Assembly: GCF_000143415.4 (NCBI RefSeq) | Contig: NW_003314440.1 | Coordinates: 78,895-142,894 of the forward strand | Direction: 5' to 3' | Origin: Selaginella moellendorffii | Taxonomy: Eukaryota; Plantae; Lycopodiophyta | Length of the DNA: 64,000 bases | In this document: in pieces, positions 14,105 to 27,958 of the stretch | Numbering within the stretch: the first letter of the stretch is position 1 | How the letters are laid out: each line of letters opens with the position of its first letter | Program-made: the position numbers and the translations under genes | Notes under the pieces: model-generated | Database searches by the model: none | Told to the model about the DNA's origin: nothing | What the model saw: the letters and a program-made list of their open reading frames with translations, nothing else

Positions 14105-15899
14105 TCATCGATCGTGTGTTCTCGGTGATATGACGAGTTGCATGCCGTGCTGCGGTTGGAGGGTGAGCGCGACAATGGGAGCGTGGCGATAGTTTGGCGA
14201 TAGCCGCCACGACAAGCGCTGCAAGATGAGGACGAGGGCGAGCTTGGCCTCCATGAGCGCCAGGCCTTGGCCGACGCACACGCGCGGGCCGAGTAGAAAA
14301 GGGAGATAGCCACCCACGGGTTGCTTGCACGCCCTCGACACACCCTCTGCGAAGCGCTGCGGCTTGAATTCCAGGGCGTCGTCACCCCACATTTCCACGC
14401 TGCGGTGTACCTCGACGATGTTGATGGCCACCGAGACTCCGGCGGGAATGGTGATGCGGTCGCCCAGCTTCATGTCCTTGAGAGCTTCCCGCGCGGTCTG
14501 GGCTCCCGGAGGATACAGTCGCAGTGACTCGTTCACGATCATGTTCATCTGCATCAAGGATCGAGAGCACAGCTTTTAGAACGATGCGATCAAACGGGTG
14601 GGGGTGATCGAAGGACTCACGACTCTGAGCTTGCTGAGCGTGTCCGACGTGGGATCCCGGCCCTTGCACACCTCCGCCACCTCCTCAAACGCTCGCTGTT
14701 GCCACTCGGGGTGGAGGCCCAGGAGCATCATCGTCCACGTGAGCATGTGTGCCGTGGTCTCGTGCCCCGCAAACACGATGTTCTTGCACTCGTCGATGAC
14801 GTGCTGGACGCTGAGGCTGCTTCTGGCTGCGCAGCCGAGCAGGGAGCTCAAGATGGTGTTGCGCTGCTGCGTGTGCGTTGCCACCACCCGGTAGAAGCAC
14901 TGCTCGATCTCTTTGAGCAGCTGATTCTTCTTGGTTGGGACAAAGCTGCGCCACCATTCAAGAAGTCAAGTCCAGCCAGCGTGTTTGCCACTGTCAACCC
15001 CGACAGAGTACCTCGGGATGAGACTGTTGAAAGGAGACGACTTGGATGTGAGTCCCAGCAGGCGGTAGACCAGCTCGGGATATCTCCTGGCCTCGTCGTA
15101 GCACTCGTCACCGAAGGAGCTGCGCAGTATGATCTCCGTGGCCATGTCGAGCATGTCCTGCTTCACCTCCACCTCCGCCTCGCCGCCTTCCTCCACTCGT
15201 TGCTCCCACTTGCGCACCATGGGCTTGACGCAGCAGATCACCACCTCCACAAAGCACTGCGCAATGCAACCATGATGGATTCAAGGAGAGCCATGAGATT
15301 GCAGTACTAAGAAACCCACCTTGATCTTCTCCGCGCTGAGGGCCGAATTCACGGCGTGCCTCTGGCGGACCCAATCCTCTCCCACTGCCACCAGGAGGCC
15401 CTTTCCAAACAGAAACTCCATAGCCCGCCGCAGCTGCGAGGACTTCTGCCAGTGTCCAAACTTGAGCGACAAAACCTCCACAATCAGCTCCGGCTCCGTG
15501 ATGTGGATGATCGGATCTTGCCCCCACCAATGCAGGAAGTGCTTGCCTGCAAACAAAGGCAAACGACAAAGCCAGCTTTGTGAGGACAACAAAAAGCTCT
15601 CGGATCTTCTTTTCTCTACCATAGAGCCGCGTGCATTTGTGCTGGAAGGGAAAGACTCTGGCGACGATGTCGTGCGTGAGAGCCGGCATGTCCACCGCGG
15701 CAGCCTCGGCTTGCATCCTCTTTATCTCCGAGTAATTCCCATCCAGCAGGTTGCACGGAGGCCCTCGAATCCCTTGGCCTTCCATCACCTGGCAGATCCT
15801 CCTCCGCCTCCACCACGATTTGACCACGAGCTCCACGAGCTTGAGCACCGCAATCCAGCATGCTGCAGCTACCAATCCCACCCAGACTACCCTGTCCAT
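14105..15899 (-). CDS. Cytochrome P450, CYP72 clan (multi-exon)
   Basis: N-terminal TM, QGIRGPP, AGHETT, ESLRLYPP, PQRF, heme motif FLLGPRVCVG. Confidence 0.92.
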
Positions 15900-16603
15900 G
15901 TGGATCAAATTCTTACAAAGTATCGGTGTGTCCCCTTGCTCGTGCGCTTGTCTCTCCCAAACGCAGATTTTATGTGCTCTGCTGCTTGCTGCGCTCCTGC
16001 TCCTTCCTCATGGAACCACGCACGCACCACCAACATGTATTGGAGGGCGTGCGCAATAAATGCCTCCTCTAGCAGCACCAAGAGTTGGACCAAGTTTCTC
16101 TCTACTAGCAGTAACTCGGCACTGTAGCTCCTCTTCCCTGAGTTGCATCCAGCAGGTAGAATCCCCTTCTTTTCGGCCGGACGGACGAACGCAAAGATCT
16201 CTTGCTCCATGGATGGATCCAAATGGGTTTATGATATCACTATCGGCCAAGCGCAGCAGCACGTGGATGGTAGCCGATTGTAGCAAGTTTAAGTTGGGTC
16301 AGAGGGGCTCTAGGCGGGGGCATCCGATCCATGCCATTGCGCTGTGCCTGGCGCACTGCACCGCACGAACACTACTCACTCGTAGCATTCACATCGCCAT
16401 CCATGGCCAAATTCTTTACGTGCATATATAGACGTCGTGCTGCGCGCTGCTGTGGCCATCCAATCATAACAGTTTTACAAATGCTCCTATCATCTGGCCA
16501 CGACCGCGACGCCTCACTTGTAGAATATGTTGCTTGTCGCGCACTGATCACTTGATAAACTAGTGTAGTGGACTTGGATCAAAAGGTGATGATGGGTACT
16601 TAG

Positions 16604-18526
16604 TCACTCACTCCTGCTGCAGTGGTCCTTGTAGAATTTCTTGGTCCACCGGGCAACTGCGAAGGGCACAAGGCGGTCCTTGACTTGCACGTAGGCCAGC
16701 GCTTGGTTGTTCTTGACGCCCCTCATCTTCATGAGCCTCCGGATGCGCAGCAAATCCTTGGTCCTCCCCAGCGCTGCATAGATGTTGGACAGGAGAATGT
16801 ACGGCGAGGGACAGCCGGGGTCCGAGACGTAGACATGCTCCGCCGCTCGCTCCGCAACGTCGGCATTGAGGTGTGTCCGGCACGAGCCCATCAAGCCCAG
16901 CCACGCCACCGGATCCGGGTGGAATGGCATGCTGCTGATGAGCTCCTCGCTCTCCACAAGCCTCCCGACGCGGCCCAGCAGGTCCGACATGCACACGTAG
17001 TGGTCCGCCACCGGCGTCACCCCGAAGTCGGGAGCCATGCACAGGAAGTAGTCGCGGGCGTCCTCGAGCTTGCCCGTGTGGCTGCACGCCGTGAAGATGC
17101 CAATGAAGGTGATGGCGTTGGGTTGCACGACGCCGTCGAGGTTGAGCGCCCGGAACGCCCCGAATGCCGACTCGTGCCACCCGTTCTCGGTGTAGGCGGC
17201 GATCAGCGCGTTCCAGGTGGCCACCACCCGCTGCGTCGCCGCCACGCCCTCGAACGCCGCCACCGCCTCCGCCATGTTGCCGCACTTGCCATACATGTTG
17301 AGCAGCGAGTTGGTCACCACCACGTCCATGGGGCCGAGCTCGGCGATGGTCCGGTGCACCCTGCGGCCCTCGGCCACATCCGACAGCCTCGCGCACGCGT
17401 CCAGCACGATGGAGAAGCTGTACTTGTCCGCCTCCACGCCCTCGAGGTCCATGAGCTTGAACAGCTCCACCGCCTCCCTGCTCAGGCCGCCCTGCGCGTA
17501 CGCCGTCATGAGCGACGTCCAGGTGATAACATCCGGCTGAGGCATTGCGTCAAACAGCCTGCGGGCCTCGTCCAGGTCCCCGCACTTGGCATACGCGGTG
17601 ATGGTGGTGGTCCATGACACTGTGCTGCGGAGCGGCATCTTGTCGAAGACGAAGCGCGCGTCTTGCATACGGCCGTGGCGCGACAGCACCGAGATGAGCA
17701 CCCCCCACGAGAAGACGTCGCGTCCCTCCATCTCCGTGAACAGGTCCCACACCTGGTGTGCCTGGCCGCCCCGAGCGCACACGCCCAGCATCGCCGTAGC
17801 CACGATGATGCCCCGCCGCGGCATCGCATCGAAGAGCAGCTTGGCGTCCCTGCTATGCCCGTTTTGGGCATACACTGCAACCACGGCAGTCCAGGTGACT
17901 TCATCCCTCCGCTCCATGCGATCAAACAGGCGCTTGGCGTCGGCCACAGATTTGGCCTTGCCGTAGGCAGCGATCATGCTGTTGGAGGCGGTGAGGTCGT
18001 CTGTGCGCATCTTCCTGCTCTTGGGCATGCTCTGAAACACGGTGTGCGCACCCGCCGCGTCCCCGTTCTGCGAGCAAGTCGTGATCATGGCGTTGCAGAG
18101 GTCGATGCTGCGATCCTTGGAGGCAATGCTGTCGAAGACGAGCCGCGCGTCGCTGAGGCTGCCGCATCGGCCATACATCTGGATGAGCTTGCTGGCAATG
18201 CCGGGGCGCCGTGCATACCCGTTTCCGACTAGCTGCGAGTGGAGCTGCCGGAGATCGGGCAAGTGAGCGCGGCTGCTGCATTTCCGTAGCAAATCCACGT
18301 ACGAGGCAGTGTGGTCGGCGTTAGCACTTGGGGGGACCTTTGCCTCGTCGAGCTCGGGAGTAGGCTCCGCAGTTTTCTTGGCCTTCTTCTTCTTCTTGCT
18401 CTTCTTCTTGGCCGCAGGCGCCGGGGAGTCCTCTTTGAGCTTGGTCGTCTTGTGGTCAGACAGGGACAGAGAAGCGGACCCAACCCTTCGCTGAGCTGTT
18501 TCGCAATGCAGCCACCTTCTGAGCAT
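16604..18526 (-). CDS. PLS-class PPR protein (E subgroup)
   Basis: Intronless ORF; repeated MYGKCG/VVSW motifs; E domain PYILLSNIYA; no DYW. Confidence 0.9.
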   Translation of the reverse strand: MLRRWLHCETAQRRVGSASLSLSDHKTTKLKEDSPAPAAKKKSKKKKKAKKTAEPTPELDEAKVPPSANADHTASYVDLLRKCSSRAHLPDLRQLHSQLVGNGYARRPGIASKLIQMYGRCGSLSDARLVFDSIASKDRSIDLCNAMITTCSQNGDAAGAHTVFQSMPKSRKMRTDDLTASNSMIAAYGKAKSVADAKRLFDRMERRDEVTWTAVVAVYAQNGHSRDAKLLFDAMPRRGIIVATAMLGVCARGGQAHQVWDLFTEMEGRDVFSWGVLISVLSRHGRMQDARFVFDKMPLRSTVSWTTTITAYAKCGDLDEARRLFDAMPQPDVITWTSLMTAYAQGGLSREAVELFKLMDLEGVEADKYSFSIVLDACARLSDVAEGRRVHRTIAELGPMDVVVTNSLLNMYGKCGNMAEAVAAFEGVAATQRVVATWNALIAAYTENGWHESAFGAFRALNLDGVVQPNAITFIGIFTACSHTGKLEDARDYFLCMAPDFGVTPVADHYVCMSDLLGRVGRLVESEELISSMPFHPDPVAWLGLMGSCRTHLNADVAERAAEHVYVSDPGCPSPYILLSNIYAALGRTKDLLRIRRLMKMRGVKNNQALAYVQVKDRLVPFAVARWTKKFYKDHCSRSE

Positions 18527-19130
18527 GACAACAGTTTCCAATTACCCTAGGAGGGTTTCTAAATGCCAGCCTGCGCAAATGCCGCTCTTGGGCATCTGGC
18601 TACTTACTGTTAAGCAAAGGCAAGCAAAGCCCAGCGATAAGCGGGTCTGCTCGCTCGGTGCATGCCAGGTAAGAGACACAGGGACATATTTTACTCACAT
18701 GCATGGCAGGCAACCACAATCCCTTTTTCTTTTCCCTGCTCGCTTCTGACCATTTCGTTTAGCAACGTGAAGCTTGCCTCGTTGCTCTCGCTCGCTCGCA
18801 GCGTCCGTGTGCCTCAGCCCTGCGTGTTTGACGTCCATTTCCTTTCCCTCGTCAGTGCAATGGTCTGCAAGTAAGTGGACATGACTTTGATCAATTGACA
18901 ATCTCAATGTGGTTGTTTCTTTTTTAGTATCAAAAACTGGACCTTGCCTCTTGCCTCAACATCACATATGCTTTCAAAAACTCCTCTCCTCTCCCTAGGC
19001 TAGAGCTCTATGTATGTACAGACAGCAACAAGAGGAAAAACAAAGAAAAAAAGAAGGAAGCGATGCTCCGAGTGCTGTGATTCGATGATGATGACGATGT
19101 CGATGGCAATCCCGAGAGCTCGCTCGCGCT

Positions 19131-20303
19131 CTAGTCCTGCGCATTGGGGCCGAAGCAAGCGCTGAGGACGGGACTCCACACCCACTGGACCAAATACTTT
19201 CGGCCATGGATGCCATTGAGATTGTAGCTGGCGCCCTTGTCATCCGTAAGAACAGATCCCGTGTAGCCGCCGCCGGCGCCGGTGCCATACATCCCCTCGC
19301 ACAGGTCCGCGATCTCGGTGGGCGCGGTGGGATCGGTGCCCGCGTACCAGGCGTTGATGAGCGGGTTGGACGACATCTCGGCGAGCTCGTGGCCGATGAC
19401 GCTGATCATGCCGTCGACGCCCCGGTTCGCATTGGGCGGTTTCATGGGCTGCGTGTGCGGCATGTACGACGGGATGGCGAAGGGATAGGCGCACACCTCG
19501 GGGCACTGCTTGCCCGAGTTGCCCACCCACGCGTAGGGGAGCGTGTAGCCGACGATGGAGGGGAAGGTGAAGTAGTGGAATCCACACACGGCCCGGCAAA
19601 ACTCCTGCATCAGCACGTCCTCGGAGGAGAGGAGGAGGTAGAGGCCGCCGTGGGAGTTAACGGGGAGGGAGCCATTGTTCTCGGCCAGCGCGCTCTTGAG
19701 CACCTGCTGGACGCTCATCCGGGTCAGCGAGTGGCCGTGCGAGTAGTGGGCGTCGTGCTCCGCGCCGATGATCACCGAGTCGGTGATGTTGTGCCCGGTC
19801 TGGTCCGTGTAGAGGCGGACGGTCCGCCACCACTTGGCCACGCTGGGGGCCTCGAGCTTGTGGGTGGAGATGGAGAGCAAGAAGTCCTTGATGATGGCCT
19901 TGTCGCTCGCGTCCCAAGCGCCATACCACACAATGTAGACGTGCATCTTGGGCGAGAGGACAGGACCCATATGGTATTTCATGTGCACGTAGTCGGATGA
20001 TCCCTCGAACGCCTTGGAGCTCTCCAGCGCCGCGGCGGTGGCGGAGTACTTGGCGGAGTCCTTGGGCCACGGCCGGAAGGGCGAGAACGAGCGAGCAGTA
20101 GCCGCAAGAGCAAGCCCGCGGCCATCCACGAGAATGTAGGATGGGGCGAGCAGCGAGAGCAAGGCGAAGATCATCGGGAGAGAAGAAGAAGACGGCATCG
20201 GCATCGCTGAGGTCTCTAGAGGGGAGAAGAAGAGAAATGGAAAGAGGAAGAAGAAGAAGAAGAAGAAGAGGGAAGAATGCCAGCTGCACTGCACAAGAGG
20301 CAT
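19131..20303 (-). CDS. EXORDIUM-like / Phi-1 family secreted protein
   Basis: [58 protein letters not shown]; intronless; true start may be the internal MPMPS. Confidence 0.9.
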   Translation of the reverse strand: MPLVQCSWHSSLFFFFFFFLFPFLFFSPLETSAMPMPSSSSLPMIFALLSLLAPSYILVDGRGLALAATARSFSPFRPWPKDSAKYSATAAALESSKAFEGSSDYVHMKYHMGPVLSPKMHVYIVWYGAWDASDKAIIKDFLLSISTHKLEAPSVAKWWRTVRLYTDQTGHNITDSVIIGAEHDAHYSHGHSLTRMSVQQVLKSALAENNGSLPVNSHGGLYLLLSSEDVLMQEFCRAVCGFHYFTFPSIVGYTLPYAWVGNSGKQCPEVCAYPFAIPSYMPHTQPMKPPNANRGVDGMISVIGHELAEMSSNPLINAWYAGTDPTAPTEIADLCEGMYGTGAGGGYTGSVLTDDKGASYNLNGIHGRKYLVQWVWSPVLSACFGPNAQD

Positions 20304-20806
20304 TGTGGCCTTGTATTTTATACTCCCGCTCTGCCCTAGCCCTAGAATTTGAGGCGGCTCGCCGCCAGCTCAGCGACAGGATGCCGCCACGTCGGCTCTC
20401 CCGCGCACACGAGCATGCCAGGTGGCTCCAGGGAGGATTATTTAAAGGTGGGGCTTGAAAAGCGATTTGAAATGGTTGCCAGGTGCCAGCGGGTATGATT
20501 GGGAACGGTAAAAAAGGCAGCCTTCTCTCTTTCTCCTGGCTGGCACTGCTGAGGTAAAAGTACTCTCTCGAATGTAAATTTTGTTGCCTGGGTGTCCCCA
20601 GGCTGTAAAAAAATTTCTTTCGAGCGTGACGTGTTTCGTTCGTTTTGTCCAGCCGTGCCAAATGCCAATGCTTTTGATGCCACCGAAATATCTCGCTTCC
20701 TTCCAGCTGCATTGCATTCCCGCGATTTTTGTATGATAGAAATCCAGGTATTATAGTTATAGGTAGCGGTCTTTAGGGTTTATCTTCCCTCCAAAGCCCT
20801 AGGAAA

Positions 20807-23800
20807 ATGGGGAGGGCATTTTGTGTCCTGAGCGAGTTTGAGCCCTTTGGCCGGCGAGCGGAGGCGGCAGTCGGCGCAGCAGCTGGATCGAATGACAGCT
20901 ACTTCTTGTTCGATCCTGGCGTCGCCAGAGCGCACGGGGATGGGGTGGAACAGGCGGTCGTCTCTGGCTGCGGCAATCATTACGAGGAGGAAATCTTCAT
21001 CCGCGACAATGTGTAAGCAGTCCTCCACCACATTTTGTTTCCTGCTGCTAATATGATCCATCTGGGCCTCCAGTGTTGTATGGAGTGCTGGGCATCATGT
21101 TCGAAAACGTTTTTCTGCATCTTCGACCGTCTTAAAGGTACACAACACCACATACACACCACAATCGATCGTTTTTTCTTCTTCTTCCAGGCATGCTGGT
21201 GTAGCATGGAGTCCACACCGGAACCCCTTCTTTGCATCTTGCACTCGAACTCACTGTCGACATACACCCCTTCCGGTTCGTCCATCATTTTGTTTAGCTA
21301 GGTCCTTGACTCAAGAGAGGGACCTTTTCCAGGTGAATTCAACTCGGTCCCGTTTTCCTCTGCAATGTCTTCTATGTGGCCAATGCCTTCCGGTCTACTT
21401 TTGCAGCGTGCGGCTGAAGCTGTGCCATACTCTGTTTCCCCGGCTGCCGAAACCAGTGGTTCTGTCTACTTCACCTTGCAACACAACTTGGAAGAGCCTG
21501 AGGTATGTCGTCGTTTGCTCCTCCATCAACCGACGTGAACGTAATTGTTTTGTGATTCTCAAACAATAGGCATTATGTGTTGAAGTTTCGGGGAGAATTC
21601 AGTCGCTGGTGGACTCAGATGAGCAAATAATCTGGACTAGTGGACGTTTACCATATGCTGTGTCGTATCACTCAGGTTTGCCTCTCTTTATTCGTTCTTG
21701 GGGTAACTGAGTGGCAACTCTCAGGTCGCAAACAGCACACTGTGTGGGAAGTCAAATCCACCAATTCTCGTCTTGAACAAGGTCGGACACTAGAGCGATC
21801 CAACTCTATGTACCTGCTGCAATGTTGGCGGGAGCAAGGCAGCAACCCTCAAGCAGCGCAGGTGCGTGTGTGATGCAGTGTGTTTGTGAGGCTTACGACT
21901 TATGCAGGTGTTCATCGCCACAGATGATGATAGGGAGCCTTTGGTTTGCTTTGTTATCAAGGATGCCAAAAGACTCTTTGCAATAAAACTTTCTCGGGCA
22001 CCAGAACCCGCAGCGGATGTCGCATGGAGTATTTCGGCAGTCTCTGCCGTTCCAATCGTTGCCAGTCAACCAACGTAAGTGATAATTTGCTTCTCGCGCT
22101 AAGCCGGTTAAGACGTGGAATATATGACAGATTGAGAAGGGGTCTGCCGCGTTTAGATATGCTGGTTCTGGCACCAGACGGGAACGTCTTTCTGTATGTA
22201 AGAACAAGTAATATGGTGTCGCCAATCGTTTTAATTCATTTATCTTTCTATTCTAGACCGGGCGGTATCCATTGTGTACATACGTCCTACCCGCCTCAGT
22301 CCTCCAGCAAACAGGACAACATCGCGTCGAGAAGCTTCTTGATTCTGTCAACACCCGTGCCAACGTTCTGACTTCTTCTGGCAAGGTTTGTAACCGTGTC
22401 TTCTTTCTGTCCCTCAAATTAGTGACTTTGGTGCTTTTGTAGATTTATCGATGCATTGTGGAGTTAATCCCATCATCAGGAATCACGAGGTCTTGTTTGC
22501 TTGCGCTTTCAGAAGGATTAAGGCCTTCGTTTTACCGGTTCGTTTTGGGATCCTTGATGGAATTCAAGCCCGGCCAACTAAACAAAACGGATAGCTCTTT
22601 TGACAAAGACTGGTCTGCCTTTTCCGGGATCATGATGCAGTGGACGGGTGAGAGGAGATCGGATTCGTATAAGCATCGCTCTCTTTCCAGTTGGGAGTTT
22701 TTATTGCAAAGCAACAGGCACAGAAATGGATCACATCCATATCCAAGTCGAAGGTACGAGCTATGTCCAACTCACAACAGCAAGAATGAACGATCAGGCT
22801 ACTCCTCGATGCTGCTAGAGGTTTTAGAGACGCTTCACTTGGTTTATGAAGATTTTAAGCTGGATGTCTTGCGATGGGGGTATGCGGTCTTATTTCTCTC
22901 AAATGATTCTTAACTTCTCTTAACAGGGAAATGTGGAAACTGGGAGTTCTTCTCAACAGTATCGCGGTGGCAGTTGAAGAGTACGACTATGCTGATCATT
23001 ATGTTCGAGACTTTCCAACGGTAGTAACATCACGGGTGATGTCAAACGTATCTTCCAGATCAAGCGGTCTCATCATTAATCATTTTACCTGGATTGAGAA
23101 CCTTCTGCGAAAGAAACATGCTACCAGTCGCTTGCCGGCACTCCTTACTAAAGAAGACGGTTCTCTTGACTGGTCACGGAAAGTATTGGGATTCTTCGAA
23201 GTTCTTTTAGGATCTGGGAACCGTGACAAGCTTTTATCTGGCATCTGCATAAAGTTTGCACCAGGAACTGCAACAAATGCAGAGCAGATGACGGTGTTGG
23301 CCATGGTTGGAGAACGCTTTGGATTATCTCATCTGGATCGGCTGCCTTGTGGTCTTTCGCTCCCACTACGCCATGTACGTAAAAAACTATAATTTTTCTT
23401 TCTCTGAAAGTTTTTTCGCTTTTCTCTTTTCAGGCTCTTAACAGTTGTCGGGAATCTCCACCAGCAGATTGGCCGCCTGATGCCTATATACTTCTGGGCC
23501 GTGAGGATTTAGCCTACATGTCTGCAAGTCGTAAGTCGGGTGCGAAAGACGTGACTATGGCAGCACAATACATGTTGCATCTTCGTCCAACTCTTCCCTT
23601 TACTGAACGCGAGCCAATTCCATCAGAGACACCTCCAATGGAGGGACAAGCTAGCGACGGGATGGAACATATTTTCACCCCATCGGCTACATTGAGATTT
23701 GGTTCTGACTTACGATTGAATGAGGTATATTGGGCTTTTTTTTTTCAATTTCATGATGCAATGAGAGACGTTCCAGGTTCGACGGGTTCTTTGTTCATCA

Positions 23801-26800
23801 AAGCCTGTTGCTGTGAGGACCGCCAATGCACCTGACGTGAGTGATCCGGATCTTGTTGCTCAACAGCAGGTTGGTACAAGAAAATTTCTCCTGGCTTTAT
23901 TGAAGAAGCTGGTGTGCAGGCACAGCTGTGGCAGCTGGCTCAACGTACAACTGCCCTTCCATTCGGACGTGGTGCTTTTACACTCTCCACCTTGCGTCCT
24001 TTGCTGACCGAGGTTTGTTTTACTTCTTGTTCGAGAGCTTCAACCCTCTTGCTGCAGGCCCTTCCAATTCCTAAACTGGTTTTAGCTGGACGTCTTCCTT
24101 CACAGCACGACGCAACTGTATGTAACCACCGCCTCAACGTACAGCGACTAATGCTTTTGAGCAGGTCAATCTGGACGTAAATGCGGGGAACGTCTCCGAG
24201 TTCACTTCGTGGCCAGAGTTTCATAATGGTGTTGCTGCTGGGCTACGGCTGGCACCCGGTCAGGTAAAAGAGAGAGAAAAACTATTGTCTTGTGATTGAT
24301 GTGCAACACAGGCTAAAATTACTCGTACATGGATCGTATACAACAAACCGGATGAGCCTAGCTACGAGCATGCTGGATTTCTCATGTCCCTGGGGCTTCA
24401 TAAGCACTTGGCAGTCTTAGCTGCTACTGATGTGTTCAGATATTTGGCCCAGGTTTGATGGATGTATTAACATCTCTAGAGTCCAACAAGTGTTGTTTTA
24501 GGAGCATGACCCCACAACTGTTGGTATTCTTCTTGGAATGGCAGCTGCACATAGAGGGACCATGGATCCAGCCATGTCAAAGGTAAATAAATACTGGGGT
24601 ACCCTCTGGCTATACGAGATTGCGTATTTTCCAGATGCTTTATCTTCACATTCCTGCGCGCCACCCACCATCGTTTCCGGAGCTGGAGTTATCTTCTTTG
24701 CTACAGGTAAGTATGTTGGTGAATCTTGTCAAGTGGCTGCTGACACTCTAATATACTTCAGTCGGCGGCACTTATGGCAGTAGGCCTGCTTTATCAAGGA
24801 TCAGCCCATCGCCTCACGACAGAAATTTTACTGGTATGCGTTTTCGTGTTTTGCCTTGAGCTAAACAGTGATAAATTCAGGCGGAGATTGGCCGTAAACC
24901 TGGTAGTGACAGTTCTTTAGACCGTGAGGGCTATGCACTTGCTGCTGGTGTGGCCCTTGGTCTAGTTACTTTAGGTAAATGGCTATGTTGTGTTTGGAAA
25001 CATGGTAAAACTTTCCTGCAGGCAGAGGAAAGGATGCTTGGGGTCTTGCCGACTTGCAAATTGAAGATCGATTGCGCCATTATATGTGTGGTGGTAGTGA
25101 AACGTCCGATGTAAGTCTTTGGGTTTATCTAATGTGTGACACTGAAACACTTCGGCTGAAATGCAGGAATACCGTCGAAGGTTTGATGGGGCTAGCGGCT
25201 TCTCATCCGTTTCCAAGAGCTTTGATGACCAGAATCAGACTGGTGGCCAGGTTAATGTTTCTATAACTTTCTACGTCAAACTCAAGACACTGATGACTTT
25301 CACAGGTCATGGAAGGGTCCATTGTAAATTTGGACGTGACTGCACCCGGGGCAACGCTTGCTCTTGCTCTCATGTTCATGAAGGTAGTTAAAGATTGACC
25401 GTTTTTTTTCTTTTGTCCAACTCTTTTTGTACAGACAAACGATCACGTTGTAGCTGCAAGACTTGCCATACCCGATACACATTTTGCACTCGAGTATGTC
25501 AGACCAGATTTTATCCTTCTTCGGCTGATTGCTCGTAGCTTAATTTTATGGGACAGGTTGGTGACCCTTCATACTGAAAGTTTTGTTTTAACTGGTTTAC
25601 ATAGTGTGCAAGCCACAGAGGAGTGGATTCAGTCTCAAGTGCCCGATATTATACGCCAGGCTGTCGTCCAGGCCAAGGGTAGCGACGCCGGTGCAGACGT
25701 CACTCCTGATTTAGACATGGAAGCACTTACCCAAGCGCACGTAAATATTCTTGCTGGGGCGTGCCTGTCTATTGGTAACCTGGCCATTTTTCTCTTGACT
25801 TGACATCTAGCTGAATCGCAATCCAGGTCTCCGCTATGCTGGTACGGCTAATGCTGAAGCACAAACGCTGCTACAGCACTATGCTTTGTATTTCATGAAA
25901 GAGGTGACTCTGACTATTCATGGCTATCTGATTTCACGTGCATGCTGCTGGCAGAAATCTCAAGCTGCTTCTGGGACCTCCCCAAACGACCGACGTGTAG
26001 ACAGAGGGACGCTGGAAACATGTCTCGATGTGGCTGTTCTGTCTTTGAGTGTGGTAAGTGCTAGCTGTTCTTTCGGTGTCCACTATCCACGGTTTGCATC
26101 TAGGTTATGGCTGGTACCGGACATCTGGAGACCCTCAGGCTTTTGCGCTACCTTCGACAAAGAAACGACACAGATATTGTCTATGGGAACCATATGGCAG
26201 TAAGTTTTACAGTAATATCTCGCCAAAAAAAATTCCTTTGCTCTTTCATCGCAGGTAAGTTTGGCAATAGGATTTTTGTTTCTTGGAGGAGGCTCCCTTA
26301 CATTCTCAACCAGCAATGGCGCTGTCGCTGCACTACTCATATCCTTGTATCCCAGATTTCCAACCTCGCCTAATGATCATCGCTGTCATCTTCAAGTACG
26401 TTTTTCGAGTTATTAATGATGTTGAGACTGAACTTGTTTGCAAGGCGTTTCGTCACCTGTACGTTCTTGCGACGGAAGCGCGATGTGTGCAGACAATGGA
26501 TGTGGATACCGGCTTATTAGTATATGCACCCCTTGAGATGACGCTACATGAGACGAGCTTGCACTGCGAGACCACATTCAGCAGAGTCTCTCCTTGCATA
26601 CTTCCCGAACGCTCTGCTGTGAGTTGACATCTTCGTTGCTTATTCGCTCCTAACGCGTCTTCATTGAATAACAGTTGAAGCGAGTTCGCGTTTGCGGACC
26701 GCGGTATTGGTCTCAAGATATGCAATTTTTGCTTTCAGGTTAGCTTTTATCTCGATTTTTTTTTTTTTTTTCAATCTACATTAACTCCTGCCAGAAACTA

Positions 26801-27895
26801 AGCCGTGGTGGGAACATGGAGAAACGGGGGATCCTTTCAACGGAGGCGTTTTGTATGTCAAACGAAAAGTCGGGGCGCGCTCGTATGCAGATGATCCCAT
26901 TGGCTCTCGTTCTCTTCTTTCGCGAGCTTTACAGCGGGTCTTGGTAATTTTTCATTTTGCTCTTATGAGCTAAGTAACTGGTGCGTTTTATACCGCAGGT
27001 AGACGAGAATGCGGATTTTACCATCCGGGACCAGTCGAAGGTTGATGAGCTTGTGGGTGCTTTCTCTTCGGATCCAAGTTTACTAGCCTTTGCGCATCTT
27101 TTCTGCAGTAGCAGGTTAAACTGTTTTCACTCTATTTTTTTTCTTGTCCTTACCACCTTCTCTCTCAGTTTCCGCGGTGAATTTCAAGACTTCTGCCTAC
27201 TGGCTTTGTTCGAGTGCGTAAGCATGGATAAGCCCGCGTTGTTGCAGGCAAGCATTTTCATTTCCTTCTTTTGTACAATTCAACGTTGCTGTTTCCAGAC
27301 ATACATTGGGCTGTACACGTCCGTGGAAGCTCTAATTAACCGAGTCACAGGGCGGGGGAACTGTTCCGAAAGCTTGTTCTACGCCTGTCTTGCTGTGCAA
27401 AATCTGAAGGTTGGAGCTGTCTTAGTCTCGCGATCTAAATCTCGTCCTTTGCTCTTCCAGGTGTCTTTAGCATACTGCGGGGCAGCAGGTCATGACCCTG
27501 CGTTACAAGGGCCATCACTCATACAGCGAACGTTTCTCGTGTCACTGGCGAAGCGGATGGACGATATCTTAACCCATTGGAAATGTAGGCGATTCGAGGA
27601 CCGTGAGCAACTTGGACCGCCACCTGAGTTGATTTCTTACTTGAGTTCACACACCTGGCCCAGGGAGTCAGGGAGCAGCGAGGACATACAGAGGCTCATG
27701 TTCGCTTGTTACGTTAGCTGGGAGGGAGTTCCCCAGCCAGCTCTGGTGACCAAAGCGTTGCTAGAGATACAGCAATCCATACCGGATTGGTCCAAGCAAG
27801 ACAGAAACTCCTTGCTTCCAATGCTGGCATCTTTGCTACCTGGTACACCTCCGAGAACATTACTTCAAATCACTTATTGTCTGCCGTTGCTGTAA
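20807..27895 (+). CDS. APC1: Anaphase-promoting complex subunit 1 (many short exons)
   Basis: RFGSDLRLNEV, RTTALPFGRGAFTL, WPEFHNGVAAGLRL, HAGFLMSLGL, GLRYAGT, QAFRHLYVLATEAR. Confidence 0.92.
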
Positions 27896-27958
27896 ACAAA
27901 GCGCTGTTTAGCAAGAAAAATATTTGTGGCTCCTAGCTTGAGGGTGTGGCTGTCTTCC

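Noticed and set aside
15905-16555. Short ORFs between the P450 and PPR genes
   Set aside because: No consistent exon structure or recognisable motif.
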